From: an uncultured delta proteobacterium
GTDB taxonomy: Bacteria > Myxococcota_A > Polyangia > Polyangiales > Houyiibacteriaceae
DNA: 64,000 nt
NCBI GenBank assembly: GCA_963699755.1
Contig: CAVOVB010000007.1
Span: 128,001-192,000 of the forward strand
Direction: 5' to 3'
Part shown: piece by piece, positions 1 through 11,459 of the stretch
How the letters are laid out: each line of letters opens with the position of its first letter
Numbering within the stretch: position 1 is the stretch's first letter
The notes under the pieces: model-generated
Database searches by the model: none
The model's input: the letters and a program-made list of their open reading frames with translations, nothing else
What the model was told of the DNA's origin: nothing
Translations under genes and position numbers: made by a program

Positions 1-1
1 G

Positions 2-358
2 ATTTCGGATATCGAGACAACCGACGAAGTGGCCCAGGTTCTCGTCGGTCAGTCCTAGCTTGGCCTGGAGGTAGACTCCCGAGCCCGGGAATGCGTGATC
101 AGGCGAAAGGGTCGCGAAAATGATCATGCCGATGTCGGTCTTTGCAAGCCCGGCGCGGTCGAGCGCCATTTCTACGGCGGGAACGGCGAGATCGGACGTA
201 CCAACGCCCGCAGGAGCGAAGCGGCGCTCCTTGATCCCCGTGCGCTGCTCGATCCACTCGTGGCTGGTTTCAATCCCATAGCGCTTCGAGAGCTCTTCGT
301 TGCTGATGACGTCGTCCGGTACGTAGAAGCCGGTCCCAGAAATGTACGCGTTCGCCAA
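2..358 (-). CDS. fabH: 3-oxoacyl-ACP synthase III (FabH family), N-terminal part; runs off the window start
   Basis: Own translation from TTG at 358 (GGAGG upstream): MANAYISGTGFYVPDDVISNEELSKRYGIETSHEWIEQRTGIKERRF...ATLSPDHAFPGSG...CLDIRN, a typical KAS III N-terminus. Confidence 0.88.
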   Translation of the reverse strand, partial: MANAYISGTGFYVPDDVISNEELSKRYGIETSHEWIEQRTGIKERRFAPAGVGTSDLAVPAVEMALDRAGLAKTDIGMIIFATLSPDHAFPGSGVYLQAKLGLTDENLGHFVGCLDIRN

Positions 359-486
359 GAGTCCTCCCGAGCGTTTCTCGCGCGAGTATGCCAGCAAATG
401 CCGCATGCCCGACCGAAATTCTAATCAGTCGACGACCTGATGGCCGTCTGGCAGGATTCCAGCTCTCTCGCGAAAGAGGTCGTGTC

Positions 487-1320
487 GTGAAAAGCTTCGA
501 AAACAAAGTGGCCGCCATCACCGGCGCGGGCTCCGGCATCGGCCGCGCACTTGCGATCGAGCTCGCGCGCAAGCGCTGTCATCTGGCGCTCTCCGACCTG
601 AACGAGGAAGGCTTGCAGGGCACCATCGAGCAGGTGCGCGGGTTCGGCGTTCAGGTGACCTCCCGGCGAGTCGACGTGGCCGACCGCGAGGCGGTTCATC
701 GCTGGGCCGATGAAGTAGTGACCGAGCATGGGAAGGCCAACTTGATCTTCAACAACGCCGGTGTGGCGCTCGCCAGCACCGTCGAAGGAATGAGCTACGG
801 AGACTTCGAGTGGTTGATGGACGTGAACTTCTGGGGCGTCGTTCACGGGACCAAAGCATTTTTGCCCCATCTCAGAGCCTCCGGCGACGGCCACATCGTC
901 AACGTTTCGAGTGTATTCGGCTTGGCCGGGATCCCGAGTCAAAGCGCATACAATTCGGCCAAGTTCGCCGTGCGCGGCTTTACCGAGTCGCTCCGCCAAG
1001 AGCTCGACATGATGCGCTGCGGCGTCAGCGCGTCGAGCGTTCACCCGGGCGGAATCAAGACCGGCATCGCCCGGTCTTCCCGGATTGACGAAAACATCCG
1101 CGACCTCGGAATCAACGATGTCGACAGCAGGGAGAAGTTCGAAAAGACGTTCATCACCAGTGCCGACAAGGCAGCGCGCGCGATCCTCGATGGGGTTCGA
1201 CGCAATCAACGACGTATTCTGGTCGGACCAGACGCCCGTGTCTTCGACTGGGTCGTGCGACTGCTGCCGTCCACCTACCAGCGAATCGCCGTCGGCTATT
1301 CCAAGTTCAGCGCAAAGTAG
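487..1320 (+). CDS. SDR family oxidoreductase
   Basis: GTG start; TGAGSGIG, NNAG and YNSAK motifs. Confidence 0.92.
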   Translation: MKSFENKVAAITGAGSGIGRALAIELARKRCHLALSDLNEEGLQGTIEQVRGFGVQVTSRRVDVADREAVHRWADEVVTEHGKANLIFNNAGVALASTVEGMSYGDFEWLMDVNFWGVVHGTKAFLPHLRASGDGHIVNVSSVFGLAGIPSQSAYNSAKFAVRGFTESLRQELDMMRCGVSASSVHPGGIKTGIARSSRIDENIRDLGINDVDSREKFEKTFITSADKAARAILDGVRRNQRRILVGPDARVFDWVVRLLPSTYQRIAVGYSKFSAK

Positions 1321-1335
1321 CTCCTCGAGTCCCTC

Positions 1336-1887
1336 GTGAATCCCAAGTACATCCCCAACGCGATCTGCATCGTGCGCATCATCTTGGTAGCGCCGATCGT
1401 CTGGAGCCTGCTCGAGGGTCGCTACGGTCTCGCCCTGGGGCTGATTCTGATCGCCGGGCTCTCTGACGCCCTGGATGGCTTCCTCGCGAGGCGCTTCGAT
1501 TGGAGAACGCGACTGGGTGGGCTTCTTGACCCTGCCGCGGACAAGCTCTTGATGTTCTCCGCTTACGTTACTCTAGCGGTGATCGGATGGGTTCCATTCT
1601 GGTTCTCCGCGATCGTGGTTGGGCGCGACATCATCATCATCACCGGAACCATCGTCTACCAACTCCGCGTCGCCCCGATCCACGGTGAGCCGACCGGCGT
1701 CAGCAAGCTGAACACCTTCCTCCAGATTCTCTTCGTTCTGCTCACGATCAGTCACGCCTGGCGCGGCCAACCCCCCATGCTCGCCCTAGAAATCCTGGGC
1801 GCTGCTATCCTCGTCACCATCATTGTCAGCACTATCCAATACGTAACGACCGGCCTCACCCGCCTAAGGGACACGCGGGGGGTCTAA
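1336..1887 (+). CDS. CDP-alcohol phosphatidyltransferase (PgsA/cardiolipin synthase-like)
   Basis: DALDGFLARR...G..LDPAADK signature; hydrophobic helices. Confidence 0.92.
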   Translation: MNPKYIPNAICIVRIILVAPIVWSLLEGRYGLALGLILIAGLSDALDGFLARRFDWRTRLGGLLDPAADKLLMFSAYVTLAVIGWVPFWFSAIVVGRDIIIITGTIVYQLRVAPIHGEPTGVSKLNTFLQILFVLLTISHAWRGQPPMLALEILGAAILVTIIVSTIQYVTTGLTRLRDTRGV

Positions 1888-1926
1888 ACGACCCCTATTT
1901 CAGCACCTCATGTGCGTAGCGTGTCA

Positions 1927-2610
1927 CTAGAGTTGGGGGAGCGGGGCGTCCGGGGTCTTGCCTTCCATTCGGTGGGCGATGAAGGCTTCCAGGGTCGGAT
2001 GCTGGAGGTAGGGGTTTTCTTTGAGCTCGGCATCGAGGGTCGAGACGGTGACGGGACCGTAGTTGTGACCTGGGTACATGCGGGTTTCTCTCGGAAGCGC
2101 TCCGGTCAAAGTCTTCAGCGTCTTGTACATGACCTCCGGATCTCCACCCACGAAGTCGCAACGGCCGCAGCCCTGGATGAAGAGGGTATCGCCGGTGACG
2201 ATGGCGTCACGGATACGATAGGTCGTCGAGCCTGGCGTGTGCCCAGGGGTGTGCATCATCGCAACCTCGAGATGATCCCCGACCCGCAGGACATCGCCCG
2301 CGCTTTGGCGTTGTAGATTCTCGCAACGAAAGCCAGAGAAATCGATCTCTTCGCCGAGCATGTGTACCGGAACGTCTCGCTTGTCGAGAAGCGCGTCCAC
2401 ACGATTCACGTGGTCGAAGTGACTGTGCGTGCAGAGGATGTTGCTGATCTCGACGTCGAGCCGCTCGGCCTCCTCGAGGATGAAGTCCGCATCCCAGGCG
2501 GGATCGACGACCGCGCACTTGCGAGTCGCCTTGTCCCCGATGAAATAGATGAAGTTGTCCCATGGACCAAGCTCGAACTGATGAACGAAGATCTCGGAAT
2601 CGGTTCCCAT
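1927..2610 (-). CDS. MBL-fold hydrolase, glyoxalase II (hydroxyacylglutathione hydrolase)-like
   Basis: THSHFDH, HTPGHTPGS, TGDTLF..GCGR and PGH motifs. Confidence 0.88.
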   Translation of the reverse strand: MGTDSEIFVHQFELGPWDNFIYFIGDKATRKCAVVDPAWDADFILEEAERLDVEISNILCTHSHFDHVNRVDALLDKRDVPVHMLGEEIDFSGFRCENLQRQSAGDVLRVGDHLEVAMMHTPGHTPGSTTYRIRDAIVTGDTLFIQGCGRCDFVGGDPEVMYKTLKTLTGALPRETRMYPGHNYGPVTVSTLDAELKENPYLQHPTLEAFIAHRMEGKTPDAPLPQL

Positions 2611-2611
2611 C

Positions 2612-3721
2612 TCAGAACTCCACGACGCTGCGAATCGACTTGCCTTGGTGCATCAGGTCGAACGCGTCGTTGATCCGTTCGAGAGGCATCTTGTGGGTGA
2701 TCAAATCGTCGATGTTGATCTTGCCTTCCATGTACCAATCGACGATCTTCGGCACGTCAGTCCGCCCCCTGGCCCCGCCAAAGGCCGTCCCGCGCCAAAC
2801 TCGGCCGGTGACCAACTGGAAGGGGCGCGTGGCGATCTCCTCGCCGGCCCCCGCGACGCCGATGATGACGCTTTCCCCCCATCCTTTGTGGCAGCACTCG
2901 AGCGCCTGACGCATCACGTCGACATTGCCGATGCACTCGAAGCTGTAGTCCGCCCCGCCCCCGGTCAGGTCGACCAGGTACGGTACCAGATCGCCTTCGA
3001 CTTCCCCGGGATTGACGAAGTGGGTCATCCCGAACTTCTCAGCAAGCTCGCGCCTCGCCGGGTTGAGGTCGACACCGACGATTTTGTCCGCGCCGACCAT
3101 GCGAGCCCCCTGAACCACGTTTAGCCCAATGCCACCAAGCCCGAACACCACCACATTGGCACCAGGCTTGACCTTGGCCGTATTGATTACCGCTCCAATC
3201 CCCGTGGTCACGCCGCAACCGATGTAACAAACCTTGTCGAACGGCGCGTCTTCTCGAATCTTCGCGACGGCGATCTCCGGAACCACCGTGTACTGAGCAA
3301 AGGTCGAAGTGCCCATGTAGTGGAAGACCGTCTCCTCGCCGATTGAGAAGCGACTGCTCCCGTCGGGCATCAGCCCTCGCCCCTGCGTCGCGCGCACGGC
3401 TTGGCACAGATTGGTTTTCCCCGAGGTGCAGTATTCGCAGTTGCGACACTCCGGAACATAAAGGGGAATCACATGGTCGCCGGGCTTCAACGACCTCACG
3501 CCGGACCCCAGCTCGACGACCACTCCGGCACCTTCGTGCCCGAGCACCGACGGAAAGATTCCCTCCGGGTCTGCCCCCGACAAGGTATATGCGTCGGTGT
3601 GGCAGATCCCGGTCGCCTTCATTTCGATCAGCACCTCACCGGCGCGGGGGGCGTCGAGGTGCACGGTCTCTATCGAGAGCGGTTGGCCCGCCTGGTGAGC
3701 GATTGCAGCGCGAACGTCCAT
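2612..3721 (-). CDS. frmA: S-(hydroxymethyl)glutathione dehydrogenase / class III alcohol dehydrogenase
   Basis: [23 protein letters not shown], CxxCxxC structural Zn site, [19 protein letters not shown]. Confidence 0.96.
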   Translation of the reverse strand: MDVRAAIAHQAGQPLSIETVHLDAPRAGEVLIEMKATGICHTDAYTLSGADPEGIFPSVLGHEGAGVVVELGSGVRSLKPGDHVIPLYVPECRNCEYCTSGKTNLCQAVRATQGRGLMPDGSSRFSIGEETVFHYMGTSTFAQYTVVPEIAVAKIREDAPFDKVCYIGCGVTTGIGAVINTAKVKPGANVVVFGLGGIGLNVVQGARMVGADKIVGVDLNPARRELAEKFGMTHFVNPGEVEGDLVPYLVDLTGGGADYSFECIGNVDVMRQALECCHKGWGESVIIGVAGAGEEIATRPFQLVTGRVWRGTAFGGARGRTDVPKIVDWYMEGKINIDDLITHKMPLERINDAFDLMHQGKSIRSVVEF

Positions 3722-3740
3722 TCGTTTCTCCCTTTCTACC

Positions 3741-4496
3741 CTAGGTAGACCTCTCGGCAGCATCGAACCGGCCCTTCATTTTTCCTAGCCACAGGCTCAT
3801 CAGCGCCGGCTTTGGAAGACCAAGCGAACGCAGCTCGTCCGCAATCGGGTGTGCACCGAGCGCCGTTGTGACGCCACCGAGCCGAATGCCGAGATTCTCG
3901 GCGCTCGAGATGAACGGCGTCCGATGGAGCACACCGTCGATGTAGCTGTAGGTACAGAGCTCTTGCTCCGGGAAGTCGCGGTCTCCGCCCATAGGGAAGC
4001 TGATCTTCAGCACATTCTGCCCGTCTTTGTTCCAAACGCATCGGGCGCGGTCGCCACTCGTGTCGAAGTCGATTTCATCGACCGTTTTCGGGAAACCCCA
4101 AATCATTCGGCCTGCCTCGCAGGTGAACGACTGATTCACCGGAAGATGAATGATGTGCGTTGGAAGGATGCCGCGGATCATGTCGAGCGCTGCACCCATG
4201 AAGGGAACGCCCTTTCGATCACCGCGTTTGCGAACGAAGAACGCGATCGAAACTTCATTGTATTCACCCAGATCATTGTCGCGGTAATCGATGCACGCGA
4301 TGCTGAGCAGCCCGCGCCCTGGAAGCACTTGGGCGATCTCGAGCTCGGGCCCGGGGAGCAGCGCCTGGGCCGCTCCCGCGCTGACGAGCCAGGTTGCCGT
4401 CGCAGAGCATGCGTCGCGAACGACGCATGGCATCGTCACGTTGCGGCCCTGAATCAGATAACGGTTGGGGCGGCGCTCAGGGTGCTCGGCTTTCAT
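3741..4496 (-). CDS. Acetoacetate decarboxylase family protein
   Basis: [11 protein letters not shown] and GRMIWGFPK (Schiff-base Lys) motifs. Confidence 0.82.
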   Translation of the reverse strand: MKAEHPERRPNRYLIQGRNVTMPCVVRDACSATATWLVSAGAAQALLPGPELEIAQVLPGRGLLSIACIDYRDNDLGEYNEVSIAFFVRKRGDRKGVPFMGAALDMIRGILPTHIIHLPVNQSFTCEAGRMIWGFPKTVDEIDFDTSGDRARCVWNKDGQNVLKISFPMGGDRDFPEQELCTYSYIDGVLHRTPFISSAENLGIRLGGVTTALGAHPIADELRSLGLPKPALMSLWLGKMKGRFDAAERST

Positions 4497-4549
4497 TGCA
4501 GCTGAGTATATGGAAGGCTTCGCTGCGCCGCCACGCAAAGCGCCACACG

Positions 4550-5611
4550 ATGACCCAACAGAAGCGCCGCCTTTCATTTCTCGACCGCTACCTGACGCTA
4601 TGGATCTTCGTCGCCATGGCTCTTGGCATCGGTCTCGGCTATCTGGCACCGGGATTCGCCGACGCGCTCAACGCAATGAGCATCGGTACGACGTCCATCC
4701 CGATCGCGGTGGGATTGATTCTGATGATGTACCCGCCCTTGGCGAAAGTGCGGTACGAGGAGATGGGGCGCGTCTTCACCAACAGGAAGGTGCTGAAGCT
4801 GTCGCTGATTCAGAACTGGGTCATCGGCCCGGTGCTCATGTTTGCCCTGGCGGTCACGTTCCTTCCCGACAAACCGGACTACATGGTCGGGTTGATCATC
4901 ATCGGTCTGGCACGCTGCATCGCCATGGTTATCGTCTGGAACGACCTCGCGCTCGGGGATCGAGAGTTCGCCGCGGGCTTGGTGGCGTTCAACTCGATCT
5001 TCCAAATCCTGTTCTTCTCGGTCTACGCATGGTTCTTCGTGACCTGGCTGCCGACGCAGCTAGGCCTCGAAGGGGTGGTCGTCGACATCACGATCACCGA
5101 AATCGCCAAGAGCGTGGCGATCTATCTCGGCATTCCCTTCGCTGCTGGCTTCCTCACGCGAACAGGGCTCATCAAGGTGAGGGGACGCGACTGGTACGAC
5201 GAATCATTTGCGCCGCGCATCGGTCCGATCACGCTAGTCGCTCTTCTCTTCACGATCGTGGTCATGTTCTCCCTCAAAGGAGACACGATCGTCGCCCTAC
5301 CGTTCGACGTGGTTCGCATCGCCATACCGCTCCTCATCTACTTCGTCGCCATGTTCTTCATTTCGTTCTGGCTCTCGATGGCTGCAGGGGCCGACTACCC
5401 GGTCGCGGCGACACTGTCCTTTACGGCTGCCTCGAACAACTTCGAGCTTGCGATCGCCGTTGCCGTAGCGACCTTTGGCATTCATCACGGGGCGGCCTTT
5501 GCCGCGGTGATCGGGCCATTGGTCGAGGTGCCGGTGATGATCGGCCTGGTCGGCATCGCCCTCAGGATGCGGAAGAGATACTTCCCTCCAGCGGTCATGC
5601 TAGAAGCCTAG
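4550..5611 (+). CDS. acr3: ACR3 family arsenite efflux transporter
   Basis: [42 protein letters not shown] and GPLVEVP motifs. Confidence 0.96.
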   Translation: MTQQKRRLSFLDRYLTLWIFVAMALGIGLGYLAPGFADALNAMSIGTTSIPIAVGLILMMYPPLAKVRYEEMGRVFTNRKVLKLSLIQNWVIGPVLMFALAVTFLPDKPDYMVGLIIIGLARCIAMVIVWNDLALGDREFAAGLVAFNSIFQILFFSVYAWFFVTWLPTQLGLEGVVVDITITEIAKSVAIYLGIPFAAGFLTRTGLIKVRGRDWYDESFAPRIGPITLVALLFTIVVMFSLKGDTIVALPFDVVRIAIPLLIYFVAMFFISFWLSMAAGADYPVAATLSFTAASNNFELAIAVAVATFGIHHGAAFAAVIGPLVEVPVMIGLVGIALRMRKRYFPPAVMLEA

Positions 5612-5615
5612 CGCC

Positions 5616-6491
5616 ATGAAGGAGAGCCGAGAAAGAGTTGCCGTCGTCACCGGCGCCAGCCGTGGCGTCGGAAAGGGCATTGCCATCGCCATGGGTACTG
5701 CGGGTGCCACGGTGTACGTCAGCGGACGGAGCCAGGAGGGCGACAAGAAGCATCCGCTTGGCGGGACGGTGCAGGCCACGGCGGCAGCGGTCACCGATGC
5801 CGGCGGCCGAGGCATCGCCGTTCCTTGCGACCACTCCGACGACGAGCAGGTTCGCCAGTTGTTCGAGCGCGTCGGCGACGAGCAAGGTCGACTCGACATC
5901 CTGGTGAACAATGCGTCCGCGGTTCCGAGGGAGCTCGCCAAGCCAGGTCCGTTTTGGGAGAAGTCGCTCGACCTTTTGCGCATTCTCGACGTGGGGCAAC
6001 GCTCACACTACGTCGCCAGCTACTTTGCTGCGCCGATCCTAGTTCGAACCGGAGGGGGCCTCGTCGTGTTCACCTCGAGCTACGGCGGGCGCTGCTACAT
6101 GCACGGCCCCGCTTACGGTGCGGGCAAAGCAGGAGTCGACAAGATGGCGATGGACATGGCCGTGGACTTTCGCGATCACGATGTGGCGGTGATGAGCCTC
6201 TGGCTTGGCTTCGTTCGAACCGAGCGAAATGAACCCCTCTTCCAGCATCCCGATGCCATGAAGGGCCCATATGGTAGGTTTCTCGCCAACGCGGAGAGCC
6301 CCGAGCTCATCGGCCGTGTCATCGAAGCGCTCCATCGCGACCCCAAGCGAATGGAACGGTCGGGCCGGGTGCTCATCGTCGCGGAGCTCGCTGCAGAATT
6401 CGATGTCTGCGAGGCCGACGGACGGCAGCCCAAGTCGAATCGCGAAGCCCTGGGCGCACCGCCCGAGCCGAGCTCGGTCATCGTTCGCTGA
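5616..6491 (+). CDS. SDR family oxidoreductase (DHRS1-like)
   Basis: TGASRGVGKG, LVNNA and YGAGK motifs. Confidence 0.9.
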   Translation: MKESRERVAVVTGASRGVGKGIAIAMGTAGATVYVSGRSQEGDKKHPLGGTVQATAAAVTDAGGRGIAVPCDHSDDEQVRQLFERVGDEQGRLDILVNNASAVPRELAKPGPFWEKSLDLLRILDVGQRSHYVASYFAAPILVRTGGGLVVFTSSYGGRCYMHGPAYGAGKAGVDKMAMDMAVDFRDHDVAVMSLWLGFVRTERNEPLFQHPDAMKGPYGRFLANAESPELIGRVIEALHRDPKRMERSGRVLIVAELAAEFDVCEADGRQPKSNREALGAPPEPSSVIVR

Positions 6492-7120
6492 GAAACCCGA
6501 GAGAACAGGTACAGCATCTCCGTCGCGATCTGCAGACACCGCGCGTCATACGCTGTGGGTTCTTCGGGCGTGCCGTCGAAAATCTTGGGGTCTTCGTACC
6601 GAATCGGCGTCCGAAGAGCTGCGCCAAATACGACTGGGCAGGCCTCGTCCGCCTCGGAGCAGGTCATGATGGCCGCGAAGCCGGTCGAGGGATTGAGGGG
6701 GTCATCGTAGGTCTTGGAGAAGCATTCGATGACCGGACCGTCTTCATCGTAGGTGACCTGGTAGCGCGGATTGTGGCCTTCGGCGTTGTCGACGACGAAC
6801 CCCGCGCGCTGCATCGCTGCGACCGCGCGCGGGTTGAACGCTGTGGCTTCAGTGCCACCCGAGTACGTGCGCACGTGCTCTATTCCGAAGTGCGCGGCCG
6901 CGGCCGCGGCCCAAAGCTGCCCCATCTGACTTCGCCGAGAGTTGTGTGTGCAAATGAAGGTTAGATCGGCCGGCTTCCCTGCTCGATGCTTCGACGAGAT
7001 GAATGCCGCTACCTCTTCGAGTGAATGCTTTCTCTCGGTTCGAATCTCGGAGATCTGCAAGAAAGCGCGATCGATGTATCGTTGGAGATCCGGGTACACC
7101 GATCGAATGCGTAACTCCAT
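6176..7120 (-). CDS. arsC: LMW protein-tyrosine-phosphatase-fold arsenate reductase-like protein; natural end probably near 6488, with read-through extension
   Basis: P-loop CTHNSRRS, SGGTEATAFNP, MTCSEADEACP and YEDPK motifs; located near acr3. Confidence 0.8.
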   Translation of the reverse strand: MELRIRSVYPDLQRYIDRAFLQISEIRTERKHSLEEVAAFISSKHRAGKPADLTFICTHNSRRSQMGQLWAAAAAAHFGIEHVRTYSGGTEATAFNPRAVAAMQRAGFVVDNAEGHNPRYQVTYDEDGPVIECFSKTYDDPLNPSTGFAAIMTCSEADEACPVVFGAALRTPIRYEDPKIFDGTPEEPTAYDARCLQIATEMLYLFSRVSQRTMTELGSGGAPRASRFDLGCRPSASQTSNSAASSATMSTRPDRSIRLGSRWSASMTRPMSSGLSALARNLPYGPFMASGCWKRGSFRSVRTKPSQRLITATS

Positions 7121-7267
7121 CGCTGAGAGGATGCGAGATCTTTCGCGAAACATCACTAATACATCGCTCTTGGACGCCGTGGCCGAGAGGGAGACTCGCG
7201 GACCGCACCGCCATTGGAAAACCCACCCCGGCGAACGCCCGCCCAGGGAGCGAGGCCGACGGATACG

Positions 7268-9511
<2,244 letters not shown>

Positions 9512-9588
9512 GGCCTCCTACCCTCCCCGCTATGGGGCAAAAACGACGCGACCGCACCTGGCGGGCGCTGTGCTAGAATGACCGCCGA

Positions 9589-9972
9589 ATGCTGCGAGCA
9601 GCCACAGCCCTTTTGACGCTCATGTTCGTGGCCACCACCGGGGTGGCTGGGGCGGCGCTGCATCTGTGCGCCATGGAAGGCCTCGTCGTGAGGACCTGCT
9701 GCTGCCACAGCGAACACGAGGGGCCTCCCGTCCAGCTCGAGCCTGTCGATGATTGCTGCGGCGCGCTGATCTCGAAGAGCGAGCATCCGCCGGTCGCGAC
9801 CGGCAGCGACAAGGCCGGCGTGGATGCGCCCCTTTTGATTTCCTTGGCCGTCCAGATGGACGAGGCCGGCGATGCACCCCTCACCGACGCGGGGTGGATT
9901 CCGCTGGCGCGCGGCTCTCCTGGAGTACACGGCCCACCTCTCTTTGTTTGGAACTGCTCCTATCTGATTTGA
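9589..9972 (+). CDS. Small exported Cys/His-rich protein with C-terminal GPP (HYC_CC_PP / CutF/CruR-like putative leader)
   Basis: Signal-like N-terminus; HLC, CCCH and CC motifs; ends RGSPGVHGPPLFVWNCSYLI; first ORF of the efflux operon. Confidence 0.75.
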   Translation: MLRAATALLTLMFVATTGVAGAALHLCAMEGLVVRTCCCHSEHEGPPVQLEPVDDCCGALISKSEHPPVATGSDKAGVDAPLLISLAVQMDEAGDAPLTDAGWIPLARGSPGVHGPPLFVWNCSYLI

Positions 9973-9974
9973 GA

Positions 9975-10058
9975 CCTCTGCGCGTCTTGGGCTGAGCGGC
10001 GCGTATCGCCGTTCGAGGCGGGTCTGCGTTTGAAGCAGGCCCTGGTCATGTGCAGAGG
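9975..10058 (+). promoter_or_regulatory. Predicted three-way-junction RNA structure occluding the Shine-Dalgarno of the TolC gene
   Basis: 9975-9985 pairs with 10048-10058 (11 bp, 2 G.U); inner hairpins 9994-10014 and 10020-10042; GAGGAG lies at 10055-10060. Confidence 0.6.
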
Positions 10059-10070
10059 AGCAATGGAGCA

Positions 10071-11459
10071 ATGAATCGAATACCAATGGCCGCGGCCGTC
10101 GTGCCGTGGCTCGTATGGAATATGGGTCTCAGTGGCTGCGCGCACGGCCAGCGCGGTGAGTACCATACGCAAAAAAGCGCGCTCGACGCAGCGGCGCCAC
10201 GAAACGGGACCGACGGGGAACAACTCGAGGGGCAATCCCCGTTCCCCAGCGGCACCTCGTTAGAACGGGAGGCGCTCGTCCGTGCCGTCCTCGCGCGAAA
10301 CCCGAACTTGGAAGCGGCGAGGCAGGCTTGGCGCGCCACCCTCGCGGAACACCCGCAGGCACGATCGCTCGAAGATACGATGGCCAGCTACTCGCTTGCG
10401 CCTCTCAGCATACGCTCGGACGTGGTTCGGTTTGGCCAAGTCGTTCGGCTGGAGCAACGCTTCCCCACGCCCGGCAAGTTTCGGTTTGCCGGAGAGGTCG
10501 CGCTTGCAGAGGCCGAAGCAATGCGAGGCGGCTACGAAGCGGTGCGGCTGACGCTTGCCCTGATGGCCTCGTCGCTGTTCGACGAATACCACCGAGTGAC
10601 GCGCGTGCTCACGCTCAACGACGAGCATCGCGAGCTGATCGAGGACATCAAAGCAAGCGCGCTGGTGCAATACGAATCAGGACGCGCTTCTCAGCAAGAT
10701 GTGCTGCAAGCCGAGGTGGAGCTGGCGCACATCATCCATCAACGCGTCATGCTCGAATCGGAGCGGAGGGTCATCATGGCGCAGCTCAACGGCCTGCTCC
10801 ATCAGCGCCCTGATCTCGAGCTCCCTGCGCCCCCTCGAACGACGGCAACACCGTCGATCGAGGTGCCGCAGACGGAGCAATTGCAGCGAGACGCGCTCGA
10901 CAACCGGCCCGAGCTCCACGCTGCGCGGTCTCAGCAGCAGGCTGCGGATTCCGGCGTCAATCTCGCCAAACGCAACTACGCTCCCGCAATAGGGTTCACG
11001 GGAGAATACAACTCGATGTGGGCTGAAACGGACCATCGGTGGATGACCGGCGTTTCGCTGAACCTGCCACTGCAGATCAGGTCGCGAAAAGGCGCCGTCG
11101 ACGAAGCGCAGGCCCGTGCCCAGCAGGCCTCCGCCGAGCTCTCTGTGAAACGAGACGAGGTGCGGGTCGAAGTCGATCAAGCGCGCCAGCGCGTGCTCGA
11201 AGCCGCGCATGTGGTCCAGTTGTACGAGACGCGACTGATACCCGCAGCGCGGGCTCAAATCGACGCAGCCGGGTTCGGTTACGACACCGGACGGAATAGC
11301 TTTCAGGCGCTGATCGACGCGGAACGTTCGCTTCGAACACTCGAGGTCGAATACGAGGAGGCGATGGCGAGCTTCGGACAGCGGGCCGCCGAGCTCGATC
11401 GGGCACGAGGAATCCTACCGGGTCTGGGAGATCAAGGAGGACCGAATGAGCGTCCGTGA
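10071..11459 (+). CDS. TolC family outer-membrane factor of a heavy-metal RND system (CusC-like)
   Basis: Lipobox LSGC; helical OEP repeats (NPNLEAAR, RPELHAA, GVSLNLPL); upstream of cusB and cusA. Confidence 0.9.
   Translation: MNRIPMAAAVVPWLVWNMGLSGCAHGQRGEYHTQKSALDAAAPRNGTDGEQLEGQSPFPSGTSLEREALVRAVLARNPNLEAARQAWRATLAEHPQARSLEDTMASYSLAPLSIRSDVVRFGQVVRLEQRFPTPGKFRFAGEVALAEAEAMRGGYEAVRLTLALMASSLFDEYHRVTRVLTLNDEHRELIEDIKASALVQYESGRASQQDVLQAEVELAHIIHQRVMLESERRVIMAQLNGLLHQRPDLELPAPPRTTATPSIEVPQTEQLQRDALDNRPELHAARSQQQAADSGVNLAKRNYAPAIGFTGEYNSMWAETDHRWMTGVSLNLPLQIRSRKGAVDEAQARAQQASAELSVKRDEVRVEVDQARQRVLEAAHVVQLYETRLIPAARAQIDAAGFGYDTGRNSFQALIDAERSLRTLEVEYEEAMASFGQRAAELDRARGILPGLGDQGGPNERP

Noticed and set aside
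9519..9537. CsoR-like C-tract/G-tract (TACCCTCCCCGCTATGGGG) before copA
   Set aside because: Only a 4-bp arm, overlaps the copA SD region, and no csoR is in the window; too weak to call
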